Assembly (NCBI GenBank): GCA_032718475.1
Contig: JAUCBJ010001205.1
Span: 1-46,540 of the forward strand
Direction of reading: 5' to 3'
From: Nemertoderma westbladi
Taxonomy: Eukaryota > Animalia > Xenacoelomorpha
DNA length: 46,540 nt
Shown here: positions 23,528-35,510 of the stretch, in pieces
Layout of the letters: each line of letters starts with the position of its first letter
Numbering within the stretch: the stretch's first letter is position 1
Made by a program: the position numbers and the translations under genes
Notes under the pieces: generated by a model
Databases searched by the model: none
What the model saw: only the letters and a program-made list of their open reading frames with translations
Told to the model about the DNA's origin: nothing

Positions 23528-23911
23528 CTTTCTGGCTTCAACATAAACATACATTATACCTAATAAAATTGAGTGAAGCTTTACAAAAGCATACAAATAT
23601 TCACTCATTATAACTGGATAGATGTACTGAGATGGGCAAAATCTAAATAATAATACTATAGGGCCAATCCTTTTATGACCAACACATAAAATTAGCAAAT
23701 TATAGACAGTCACTGGCTCCAAAAATGATACTAAATGTTGTGATCATGATTGCCATGATCACCATCTATTGTCAGACTTGGAAATATTTACAAATACCTA
23801 CCAGTATGGTGTCCCTGCGAATTTTATTAGTTATGTTAAACAAAAACTGAGTATACAACTTTATTGTTTTATCATGTATATTATATTAAAAGGTTCCTGT
23901 TTACTGCTTCT

Positions 23912-25039
23912 TTACTTATGGAGACCAGGGTTGGTAACTTTACCCAAGAACAATAGAATATCGTTCTTTTTATCCCTGATAACGAACAGAAAAGGTCGAG
24001 TGAGTTCGAAAGGAGGTGGTCCCATTGCACAGAACATCATCATAACAGCAGCCGTAGCAGCAGCAGCTTCTGACCCCTCTTCATTAACTAACACAAAGGT
24101 TTTATGTAAAACAGCACCGACAACTAGATCTCTGGCACCAGTTACTCCAGATAGATCACAAAGCTCTTCCGAAAACAGATGTGGCATCCCCATAGCAGTA
24201 AGTGTATCCTTCAAACTGAAAGAACCTTCCAGTTTAAATTTCGGTATACGAACATCTAATTCGATCTTCCTAAACCCGTTGAACACCTCAGCTAACCATT
24301 CGCTGCTCAGTTTTGCTTCGACGTCTGAAATTCCGCGATGTGGCAATATAAATACCATAGAGAGATCCTCTCCTTTGTATGGCATTTCCAACGCATAAAC
24401 TTCTTTGCTACGAAATACATTAAACTTATCCTTCATATACATAAACATCGCATCGACTTCTTCTTTGGTTTCTGTAATGAATTTTCCTTGGTAAGTTTTC
24501 TTAGGATCGAATTGTGTTACCCAATCTCCTTTGAAGTACAAAGCATTTACCAGAACCAATCTGGTCAGACGATTTAGAACCCCCTCACCAATTAGATCCT
24601 TTATCCTGTCTTTTGTCATGGATTCCACCCAGTTATTGATATTTATTCGAACCTCATTGAAAGATGTCTTAAAGTTGACTTTCTCTAACTCAGACCCGTA
24701 TTGTTCTTTGGTCAGCGCTAAAAATTCATCTTTAAATGGGAATTCTTCTTGCGCAAACAACTTATTAGCCCCATCGAGAGTGTACGGCTTCTTATCTCTA
24801 TAAAGATAAGTTTGCAATGAATGAATAGCTTTATGTATGTCATCATCCTTTAGGTCCGTGTAATGGAGAACACTTCTCATCTGTTCTTTAGTTTCTCCTC
24901 CAGCGCCCCCATAAGTCATGGATAATGCAGTAATTAGACTCACAGGACTGATGAGAATGTTGGAATCAGATCGGCCCTTTACAATTTCCTTGTACAAATC
25001 GATGGCAAAGCTGTTGGTTGATAGACTAACGCAATCCAT
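23912..25039 (-). CDS. intracellular serpin paralog, predicted P1 Phe
   Basis: Same motifs as the 19404-20534 copy; RCL EEGSEAAAATAAVMMMFCAMGPP. Confidence 0.96.
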   Translation of the reverse strand: MDCVSLSTNSFAIDLYKEIVKGRSDSNILISPVSLITALSMTYGGAGGETKEQMRSVLHYTDLKDDDIHKAIHSLQTYLYRDKKPYTLDGANKLFAQEEFPFKDEFLALTKEQYGSELEKVNFKTSFNEVRININNWVESMTKDRIKDLIGEGVLNRLTRLVLVNALYFKGDWVTQFDPKKTYQGKFITETKEEVDAMFMYMKDKFNVFRSKEVYALEMPYKGEDLSMVFILPHRGISDVEAKLSSEWLAEVFNGFRKIELDVRIPKFKLEGSFSLKDTLTAMGMPHLFSEELCDLSGVTGARDLVVGAVLHKTFVLVNEEGSEAAAATAAVMMMFCAMGPPPFELTRPFLFVIRDKKNDILLFLGKVTNPGLHK

Positions 25040-25953
25040 TGCTAGCACAATAAAACCATTAAATCAATATTTTATTAGTAAAATCAAGATTAATCAAAAG
25101 TTATTTTAATTGTATTATTTGAAACACACTAACTACATGAAACTTTATTCAGAATCAATACACTGTATGGCCAAACCAGCCATTTGATACATTATGGACG
25201 GTAGTGAAGATTAAAATATAAAACAAAAGATTCAAATTTAATAATTTAATGATGTATTAAATTACTTATTATACTTTCCTCTCGGCTGTGCACATTAACT
25301 CGCTGCTACAGGTCGCTGACCATGCTGCTAAACTAAACGAGGCCCATAAGAAGTCACGAGAAGAATTGGACACAGCATACACTCTCAAGCGGCAGTCAGC
25401 CATCGATAAACTCGCCCCATCCTTGGTTGTGGTTGACCGCGCAGCCGTCGATCATAGACCAGACGGACCTCAGTGCCGATAAGTTCCGCGATAACCTCGC
25501 ATCGCAGTACGACTTAGTCCCCTCCCCCCAGTCAGCCAGCAAGGTGCGGGGGTTGTGGAGGCGAGTTCCCCACCTCCCATGAAAGGAGCTGTATTTGGGG
25601 GGGGGGGGGGGGGGGGGGCTGATCGTGAAGCGGCACGATGAGGTCCACGAGGTATTTTAGGAACAACCGACGGTGTCTGGAACCCCAGAAGGTGGATTCC
25701 GACGAAGCCAAGATACTGATCCGCCATATTGCTACAGTATGGTTACTGGAAACCCCAAAACGGTATTCTATTAAACGATGTTGTAATGTTCACAAACGTT
25801 TTAAAAAATGAATCATAATATTAGTTATTAATATTCACTATTTTATTTCAATAATCACATCAATCTGAAGCCAGAATCAAAATGTAATGTAGGCCTACTT
25901 ATCAATTATATTCAAAGTATAAATAAATATCCACTCCCTTACGAATGTAACTA

Positions 25954-26823
25954 CAGTCCCAATCCCAATAAACATTAACTTGGTCGTTTTGGCGGCCAAA
26001 ATGACCAAAATCACCAAAAAAATGTAGTGTATTCCTATGGGCTACTTGGTCGTTTTGGCGAAGCGATTTAACTCGACTCAGTCAAGTCCAGACAGCCCGT
26101 CTCCTTGGACATCCATTTGGTTGCTCTGACTAAATGTCGGCTCGCTTTCATTTTTATTATTGACAGATTGTTAACTTACCTGGAGCTGAGTCGGGCCTTT
26201 CAGTTGTAGTAGAAGACCACCCACTGAGGCATTGATACAGCACAGGCTAATACGTAATAAGGGAGTTAGTTGAATGCGGCTTTGTTAAAAGGAGGAGTAT
26301 GTATAATAATCGGATTTTGTGTGTTATTATTAGATAATCACTTCTCACCTTTTCCTTTGTGTAGCTTCAGTTTAGAGTCATTATGAAATGGCAACGTTCT
26401 GTATGAAGGTGTCCTAATTATAGTTCTATAGTTAGTAAATGATATTGATTATGGCGTTAAATAATTCCAGAACGCATAGCGAAATTTTTATAGTTAGTAG
26501 CTGGGTCTGTGACAGGGCGAGAGGCAGCTATTAAATAGCGACACTCAGTCTCGAACGAGTTCGGTATACTGATGAAATTCACATTAGGTGGCGCGGCCTA
26601 CTTCTAGTAGCTGGGTCTGAATTTGAGGGCGATAGTAACTGAAAACATTATCATATGAGGCTCTAGGCTCTGTGCTAACAGTCAGTCAGAGTCGGCATAT
26701 TTGGGTGATTTTCATTTTATGATGATGTGATTATTATTTATCGATTCAATTATTATCAATTATTATTTATCTGTTATTTGCGTCAAATTTCCCCCTGGAG
26801 AGTGATGAATTTTTATTGCGTCC

Positions 26824-26857
<34 letters not shown>

Positions 26858-27399
26858 CTGTATTTATGAGAGCATTTATATTATAGCGTACTAAACAGCT
26901 AAATAAAGAAAAATCTATGTAAAGTACTTTTCTCATATTTTAAAGATAAAATCTTGGAACTTGTTATTTTTATTACCAATCGAATAGAATTAAAGTAAAT
27001 AATTAATTATTACGCTGCAAGTGCTAGCACACTGCTTATAACCTAGGTGACAGGTAAAGGGGTGTTAATTATTAGATTAGTAAAAAATATGAAGAAAATA
27101 ATAAGTTAGGGCGCCTCACACTGCACTCTTACAGGCATGTTTACTACAGTGGCGAGTCCAGCCATTACTATACTGGAGCCTTTCTCTCTACCTAAACGTA
27201 GAGATAACTCTACCTCAGAACTCTACCTCAGCGCCAACATGTTGGGCTTTACTTACACTCAGCCTGTATTCACTGGCTGTGATTGACAAGCCAACGTGCC
27301 TCAGCAGTTCCTTTCATGAATAGCGCAGTTTTTACTTGGCCATTTTGGTAATTTTGGCCGCCAAAATGACCAAGTTAATGTTTATTGGGATTGGGACTG
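25954..27399. mobile_element. non-autonomous Tc1/mariner-type DNA transposon
   Basis: ~50-bp TIRs CAGTCCCAATCCCAATAAACATTAACTTGGTC.TTTTGGCGGCCAAAAT, flanked by TA on both sides. No transposase ORF. Confidence 0.88.
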
Positions 27400-28099
27400 T
27401 AATGTGGCAAAATACTTCAACAAATAAATATACCAACTGTATACTGTAACTACTGTATATGCTAAATATTAAACAAACAGATCTTATCATAAGGTACAAT
27501 TAGTGCATTAACTTTTGTATCCATCCGTAGGCCCACTCTGTACGGTACGTACATAGGCCTACAGTAGTACAATTATTCCTGTAATATCGCAGTTGTTGTA
27601 TTGTATACATAATGGTACTGTACAAGAGGGCCCACCTCAGCTACTTTCGGGTAGCGCTATCGAATCGAATGTGGGACTTTTGGGTCGCCTCCGGTTTCGG
27701 CCGACTCTGTGCTTGCTTGTGATTTTAATGCAGAGGGTCAGAAAAAGTATATAGTAGTGAGAAAAAAATATATGTTTACCCCAGTGAGTAAAAATATATA
27801 TTTCATTTCATGTCCGGACTCCACCAACGGTTTAATTTGTTAATTTTTAATTAGCATAATTAAAATAGCATTAAAAGCGACGGCGCTAGCACTGACTGAG
27901 TGGGGTCCTGGTAGCTCCCTTTCAATATGTCAAAATATATTTAAAAAGTTTAAATTTAAAAAGTGATGCGCAACAGCGATCCGTTCTTTTTCGGCCCAAC
28001 CCGATGTCGATTTAAACAGTTCAAGGACACACTCTTTCCTGACTTGGTGTGGGATATTAGTCCTAACGCAGCATGTTTATAATGTAGTAGTATATAAAT

Positions 28100-30780
28100 T
28101 GTTCCTTCATCGTAACCTCAACCTTTGAATATTGACCGGAGGCAATATTTACTAGTATCTAGAGCCGGAAGGCTAGTGATTCCGAGTTTCCATCCACCAA
28201 CCACATAGTCTGCAAATAGTATGGAGTCTTCTTTCCCTGTCAGGTGTTGTACTAAAAGGTGACGAAACAACTTTTGAACCTTCCAGTTCCCACCATTACA
28301 GCTTGAGTAACTCAGCCTTGCTTTAGATATTACCACCACAGATTCGAGAACGTTTGTATTTCATGGAGCTCCTTCAGCAGATTATTCGACAGATACTTAC
28401 CCAAGCGAAGTAGAGATCTTTGAGCTTTTCACCAAGTAACCTCAAGATTCCCAACTAACGCCGCATCAATATTGGCTTACCCATACATTATCGAAGGTGT
28501 GCATATAGTTCCCCATACCAACGCTGTTATGTCTACAGGGACATCATCTGTTGCTAATCCACGTGTATTAACCTGTATTAACAGTAATTTTCTGTTTGGA
28601 AGGCGGCAGGGGTAACCCCAAATACATACATTTTGTGGTTGATTCTAGTAAGGTAAAGGTCCCGGCATGTGATAGAATGCTTTCTTGTTCATTTGAAAGA
28701 CCTCGCCCTTATGGAATTCTCACATAGTTTGTCTTCTTTACATTGAGCACTAAATCGTGCGCTTGTAAGTATTTAAAAAATTCACATATGTTAAACATTT
28801 TCAGCATGTTTCGCTTTATACTTGCATTAGTAGTAAATTATCCGCATACCCAAGTAATGGAAATGCCTCCTTGTTTAGGTGCAACCCCAAACATGAGCGT
28901 TGAAGCTGTTCAAAAAGATCATCCAGATAGAGGTTAAATAATAACGAAGATAAAACACCACCCTGTCTCACGCCGCGCTGTAGTCCTCCTTTACTGGTTC
29001 TTGAGATGCTATTATTGATTTTCATTATCGCGCATGATTGAGTTTAATAAGAATATAGAGTTGATACTGTAGATTCGTCTACATTAGCCTTGACAAGCTT
29101 GGACATCAACTTCTCATAGCATACGGTATCAAAAGCGGTGCTTAAGTCAAGAGAAATAACATGAACATCCGAACCACCCCTGTTAAAGTGATGGATGAGC
29201 TTCGTTACAGCTGCATATGCATTCTCAGTGAAGATATTTGATTTGTATCCCATTTGAAGGTTATTTGTTCTAATACTCCTGACTTCTTATAACACCAGGA
29301 GTTCCCAGAGTTTTCGAGATAATGGACACTCCTTATAGCTATTCGTTAGATGTATAACTCTGACCTTACTCTTTAGAAGGGGTATCAGAAGACTCGTGCA
29401 GAGGCACTTTGGAAATATGTTCGTGGTTTGTATGTTGTAGTATAATAACGCCAAGTGTGCATATAATTCCCCCGACCTTCCATGAAGAAGTTACTCCGCC
29501 CACAAGGAGGATCTATCTGATGCCTTACCCGTGTTCAACTTCTTCACAGCTGATGATATGTCATCAGCCGTTATGTGTGATTTAGTGAGTGGGCCAGTCT
29601 TTGATGTTGTTAGATCTTCCTCATAGCTCTCTTTGGTGTTTACTTGGAACCTGTTAGTATAATCCAAAAAAGGTTGTTCTTTGTGCACATCAGTGATTTG
29701 TTTTCCAATTGATGTCTGACCCTTTTATTATTCAGCTTGTACCATGCATTCTCAGTGATCAATCTTGCGTCCATTCCAGTTACGTTTTCAGTAGCATGAT
29801 GACCTTTATATTCCTCCCAATCACTTGCTTGACGCTTTTTAAAAAACCGGTTATTCAACCGTCTAATTTCGTTATTCCTAATACTACTACTACTACTACT
29901 AGTTCGAGCGAACTCGGACAGTGGAAATGCGATCCTTCCAGGCTTCCCGATTCTCTATAGTTGTCGCAATTTCATTTCTCCCAAGTTCAGTATCCCTTTC
30001 AAGTTGATCTATATATGTTATCTCTGTTATCTATATGTTATATATGTTATGTCCACGGGTACGCTTTCCATGAGTTGGTTGCCAGAAAAGTAGGTCTGGT
30101 ATGACATCGTCTTTACTTCGCCAGCAGTGCCCACTGAATCTTAATCTACGTTCAAATAGAGGTGGTTGATACAGGTGGAATAGTACCATAGAGCTCGGTG
30201 TTTGTCATGAGTTGTCTCCAGCTGATGTTTAGGGCTTCTCTTAGTGGTCTTGCAGCATCATTTGCTCGTTATTCCTAGCAGCTAGATAAAGAGAATCCCC
30301 TATGAACTCTGCACTCATTTCTATTCCCTCTCTTGTTGGAGATAGATCCTTTTTGGTTTGTTTTTTTTATGGTGCCTTATCTCCTCCTGGCAGTTCTTTA
30401 TCTATTCAGAAGAAGCCTCTTCAAAGCGGAATCGCCCGTTGTTGTGGTAGTTAAATCAAAGGCTACTAACTAATATGTTAACATGTATAACATATGTATA
30501 ATAACTAACTAACTAATATGTTTTCAGAGAGAATGCCCCCAAATTTTGCCGATGGACTTACCGATGCCGATTGTCATGGATTTGTCTGAAGCTAGAGTAG
30601 TATGTTGGCGTCCGTTCAGGTCCCCTGATATTATGACTTCCATTCTGATGTCGTTTGCTTCCTCTAACAATGCCGCAATTTCAACAACCTCTTTGATATA
30701 GCATTCACGGTCCTCAACCAATCCACTATTTGATGGCATATAAACACCGATGAGCCAGAGGTCTTTGCAAAACTAATTAT
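28100..30780 (-). mobile_element. heavily decayed non-LTR retrotransposon (LINE); ends approximate
   Basis: Fragments GVYMPSN and ISGDLNG (endonuclease); SLDLSTAFDTV, GVRQGGVLSSLLFNLYLDDL and GYADN (RT), spread over several frames. Confidence 0.85.
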
Positions 30781-31723
30781 TTATGGACAGTGGATATTGG
30801 TGAACTTGAGGAAAAATATCGGTGAAATAATATTGGTGAACTTACCCATACCCAGTCTACTCTAGGTGGTAAATTGATTAGGAGACATCTGCTTATATTT
30901 TGCTTATATTTCTTTCGAGTTGACACTTATAAAAGTTTATGTCACGTGCTGCGCGAAGGTCCCATTACGTATACAATATACTCATACTGTGTATAAATTA
31001 GATATGGCGGTGGGGGGGGGGGGGGGGGGGGCACTCTTGCGCGATCGTATGCATATAGCAATTATCTATGTTGCGTTTTTACATTACGAATTGATAATAA
31101 TGGAAGAAAACCATTCGTTTGAAAGAATGCATTGACCTAATAAGTTAATCGATGTTCTACAATCAACAACAGAATCCTACAGTCCAGCCACCTACCTACG
31201 CCTCTACCTTCCTACTGTGTGTCGTGCCGTGTAACTTCGTTTCTGTCGAACCCATTACAATTTTGCGATCAGCCTAGATACGATGACAGATGCCTCCAGA
31301 CGTTTCTCGGAATTTCCAGACGTTTTTAAAAGGCTTCTGTAATTGCATTAATAACTTACGGGACATGGGCTGGTTGTTATTTGATTCTCCAAACCAAACT
31401 AATACATACCCTGCACTGTAGGCCTGTTTACTGTAATTTTTGATGTTTGCGTATTCAAACAATCGCAGAACGCTTTTTATTACATTTGTGTTCAGCATCT
31501 AAATTAATTAATGATATAACGCCGCTAGTCGACCAGCTGGCGGCTGTGTAAGCTCCCATACACTGCAGTTGCGTACGGGAAATGTAAAATAGTTTCAAGT
31601 ACTGTAGTAATGTTGTGACGAGGGAGTGCGGTGATTAATGTGCTTCTATGTAGTAGATTGAATCAATGGCTGATCTAGGGTATATTGTACCCGGGGAAAG
31701 TCTTGGGATCCCCACCAGTATAC

Positions 31724-31993
31724 TGTACATACAGTACGAGCACATTGACCTTACTGTACATCTTACTGGTGACTGCTCCATCTGAAATGTACATACAGTA
31801 CGAGCACATTGACCTTACTGTACATCTTACTGGTGACTGCTCCATCTGAAATGTACATACAGTACGAGCACATTGACCTTACTGTACATCTTACTGGTGA
31901 CTGCTCCATCTGAAATGTACATACAGTACGAGCACATTGACCTTACTGTACATCTTACTGGTGACTGCTCCATCTGAAATGTACATACAGTAC
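31724..31993. repeat. 64-bp minisatellite, 4 identical copies plus a partial copy
   Basis: Unit TGTACATACAGTACGAGCACATTGACCTTACTGTACATCTTACTGGTGACTGCTCCATCTGAAA. Confidence 0.96.
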
Positions 31994-34714
31994 TTTACGG
32001 GTTAAAATGGCAATGCACCCGGGTTTAATGGTTCAGAACTTTATCTCTCGCTCGATGCCATCTTACAATCTACACTTTATTGATTTATTACTTCAGTAAA
32101 AATATGTAGTATAACTTTTTTTCGCTATTTTCGCAGGCATATTCTTTACCGAACGCCATTGAGGTTTATAAATTACGGTGGTTCTGGAGGAAACCTTTAT
32201 TTTTGTGTTAACTGAAACAGGACAATTACGAAAGCTACCTAAAGTGCGAAAGTTATCGAAAATTTATTTATCGGGGGGGGGGGGGGGGGGCAAGGGGGCC
32301 GTCCCCCCAATCCAAGGATCAGATCCTCCAGATACATGAAAATTTTTCAAGTGGGTTTATTGTTTATGGTAATCCCAGTGACAGCAAACAGTGTTGCAAC
32401 TCTTTTTGTTTGCTTTGCTTGCATTAAGCAAACAAGCATTAATCTCAATAAGGGCGGCAATGTACGAGGCTTGATTTGAGGCACTGTTACTTCTCCAAGT
32501 GCTCCGTAACACTCGGAAGTCATAAACCGCTTCGCGGAATCTGTGGCTCGCAGACTTCGTTTTACAATCTAAAAACTATTTATAGACTAAGGAATCTCAT
32601 TACTTCTTATTATCCGATATACAGTATCTTATGTAAATTATTAGTTAATTGGGATTTTGATCAATAAGTTTAGTGTTTACTTTTACACATTACACTTTAA
32701 TTAATTAATTCGTTTTAATTAAAATTAATCTTAATTAATTCTTTTGCATAAATCAGACAGCCCCACCCCCATCTGGAAATCTAAAAAATGCGGCATGGGA
32801 AATCATTAAATATTTTGGAGAACCCCCCCCCCCCCCCCCCCCCCCCCAAAATTCCTTTATACGCCCCTGCAAAAGAGATATGGACTCTAATTCAAATAAT
32901 TGCCGTTTAATTTCAAATATACCTACGCGAAATATACATTCACTGAACTATCCCACTATCCCCATTACAATTGTAGGTACAATTATAGCACAGCCACCTA
33001 CAGTACAATAAATACCTAGCTAGTACAGATACAATTTGAAATTCCCACTAATAGACTACAGTACATTATTTAAGTACATTATTGTTAATAAATGTAATGG
33101 TTACACTACAATAAAATATTTTTAACAAGTTCTATCGTGATTAGTGAACTCGAAAATCGCCCCTCAGAATTATCCAATCAGATTCTAATTTTTGGCGTTT
33201 GAAATTTTTTGCTACTTGTATTCTTTGTTCCACACTAGGTAAGAACCAAAAACGATAGTTGAGCTACCACGAAATATTAATTAACGAGTTGAATAGTGAT
33301 CGGCGATCTTGAAAACAAGTATAGATTTAGAATTGCCAACCAAAGGCAAATTTTAAAAGTTTGAAATCCTGGGGCACCACAATGGCACCAAAAATGGTAC
33401 TTGCAATACCAGAAATATTTTTAATAATTTTGTCGTGATCAGCGACCTCGAATACCCGTACCGGTATACTGTACCTCAAAATTTTGTTCTAGACATAAAA
33501 ATTTTCTAAAGTCGGTGAAACGAACAAAAAGTTAACAAAACTTGCCGCTCAGAGTCAGCAAATGGGACAGCACTAAAAATGAAATTTCCAATATTTATTT
33601 TTGTCCGAACAACTTTTTCAGACCAATAGCTTATTCCATGGCTCTTTAAATTGAACTAATTGAAGAGTAAGCTATAGTAATGGCACAAAATAGACCAGCA
33701 TTCACCTTCTATACAAGATAAGGAACCTCTCCTCAACTTTGTCACAATTCTTTACGGGTTGTTTCGTGACCCTACAAACCACAAGGTTTGCTGCAATGAT
33801 ATGGTAAGACGTGACGATCTTTGGATTTCGTGGATAAGAATCGAGGCTATTTCATGGAAGAACCCCTGGGTATCAATTTACCAAGTCATTATTAAAATGT
33901 TGAACATCCCCTGTGCCTATAGTCGGTATACACAGCAGGATGTTGTGGAACTAATGAGGCATTTTAATCTCAAGAGTTCAATGAAACTTTTGAGGAAAAT
34001 GAACGCCCGGGAAAGAATAAGTGCCTCTCCAAGGATCCAATAGTGTTACTTTGTAAGCCAATAGGCTAATGCGTAACGGATCCAAACACATAGTATTGGC
34101 CAATAAGCTACAAGGTAAAAGATCCCAACGCTCATCATTGGAAATTTTACTCACATTTATAAAAACATCAAAAAATAGGAACGTTGTCCCATAGAAAAAC
34201 TATTGGGAGTCGTGGCTATTTTTTTTTCTTTCTTAAATGTTTCTTTAATTTTGCAAATTGTTGTATATCGAGCGACGAAGTAACTGCTTATCATATTGGT
34301 AGGTACAGTTACCGATGTCTTCCAGTCGATCTGTCTTTCTGTCTGAGGCCTAATGTCGTAATAACTCTGTCACCCTTTGATGAAATTAAACAAAACTTGA
34401 TACACAAGTGGTTTCTCAAAAGTCTGAAATATAATTTGAGTGACTCAGCAGTTATCCAGTTTCCCGCAGGAGGGCAACAAGCCAGCGCAGCGGTTGAAAT
34501 AACATAACCCGTATGCTAAGCTTGTTTGGATTGTCCTGTACGAAGGTCCCACAAACGTGTAGTTAGCAAACTGTAAAGTAATGTTAACTTCGTTTACTTT
34601 GTTTGCTTTTAAATAACATTTATTTATAAATATAAATAAATCATATTTCAGATTTAAAATCTACACAAATATATCATGACTCGTAATATTGTGTCATTTT
34701 CTGATGACATAAAC

Positions 34715-34855
34715 CAAGGACTTCTAGAACATAGTATATAATATTAGGTACTATATAGTATATAGTATTATATATACTATATGATATATATGTATAGCAT
34801 TATATATAATGTAACATAGTATATATAATATATACTATGTTCTAGAAGTCCTTGC
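34715..34855. repeat. short palindromic AT-rich insertion
   Basis: CAAGGACTTCTAGAACATAGTATATA ... TATATACTATGTTCTAGAAGTCCTTG. Confidence 0.8.
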
Positions 34856-34912
34856 ATGAACACGCCACCCCCTCTTTATCATATTGCTTGGAAACACTAC
34901 CTCAACATTGTT

Positions 34913-35510
34913 TGTGACGGGGATCCCCGAGTTGGCGAGGGAATCCCGACCGGGTTTTGGTCGTGGTTTTGATGCGCGTCGCCGCGTGGCTAGTGGCTGA
35001 AGGCTTTAGGGCTGAAAGGTCAAAGGCCGGTATAATAAACTGAGTTAATGACTAAATCTTGATATAATCTCAGGTGTATAAAGGTACCGGTAATACAGCA
35101 CAATAATAGCAGTAATGGCGACGGTTGAAAACCGTATGACTTCTACACTCAATACTAGCCAACTGAGCCACAATCAATATAGGTAACGGTTATATTATAA
35201 TTATACATATGGGATACATTGCTACCTATGTTTGGCCTGGCCAATGGATGCGTTATGATTGATGGTAAATTGCCCTACCATTGGTTGATCTACTTCCCTG
35301 GGGTCAAACCAATCTTTCCCCGTTGGCCTCTATGCTAGCTTCTACCCTGAGATTGAGCTGGCATCTCTCCCTCTGGCTGGCAATGTATATTGCCCTGGTG
35401 TGTTAGTATGCAAATATTATATTGCTAATATCGCATAGCCAATCATGATTCGTAAATCATGACTTTCCCCATTTTCCGCTGGGTGGTGCAGCGAATTGGA
35501 TCCGCAAACA
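34913..35510. mobile_element. solo LTR (598 bp)
   Basis: TGTGACGGGGATCC...GGATCCGCAAACA termini, flanked by direct repeat ATTGTT (34907-34912 and 35511-35516). Confidence 0.75.

Noticed and set aside
19396-24803. + strand ORFs overlapping the serpins and the LINE
   Set aside because: Antisense shadows of real coding frames with no recognisable motifs.
27657-27745. possible hammerhead-like stem loops on - strand
   Set aside because: GAAA present but no CUGANGA core in the required arrangement.
31724-31993. CRISPR-like array
   Set aside because: Contiguous identical units with no spacers.
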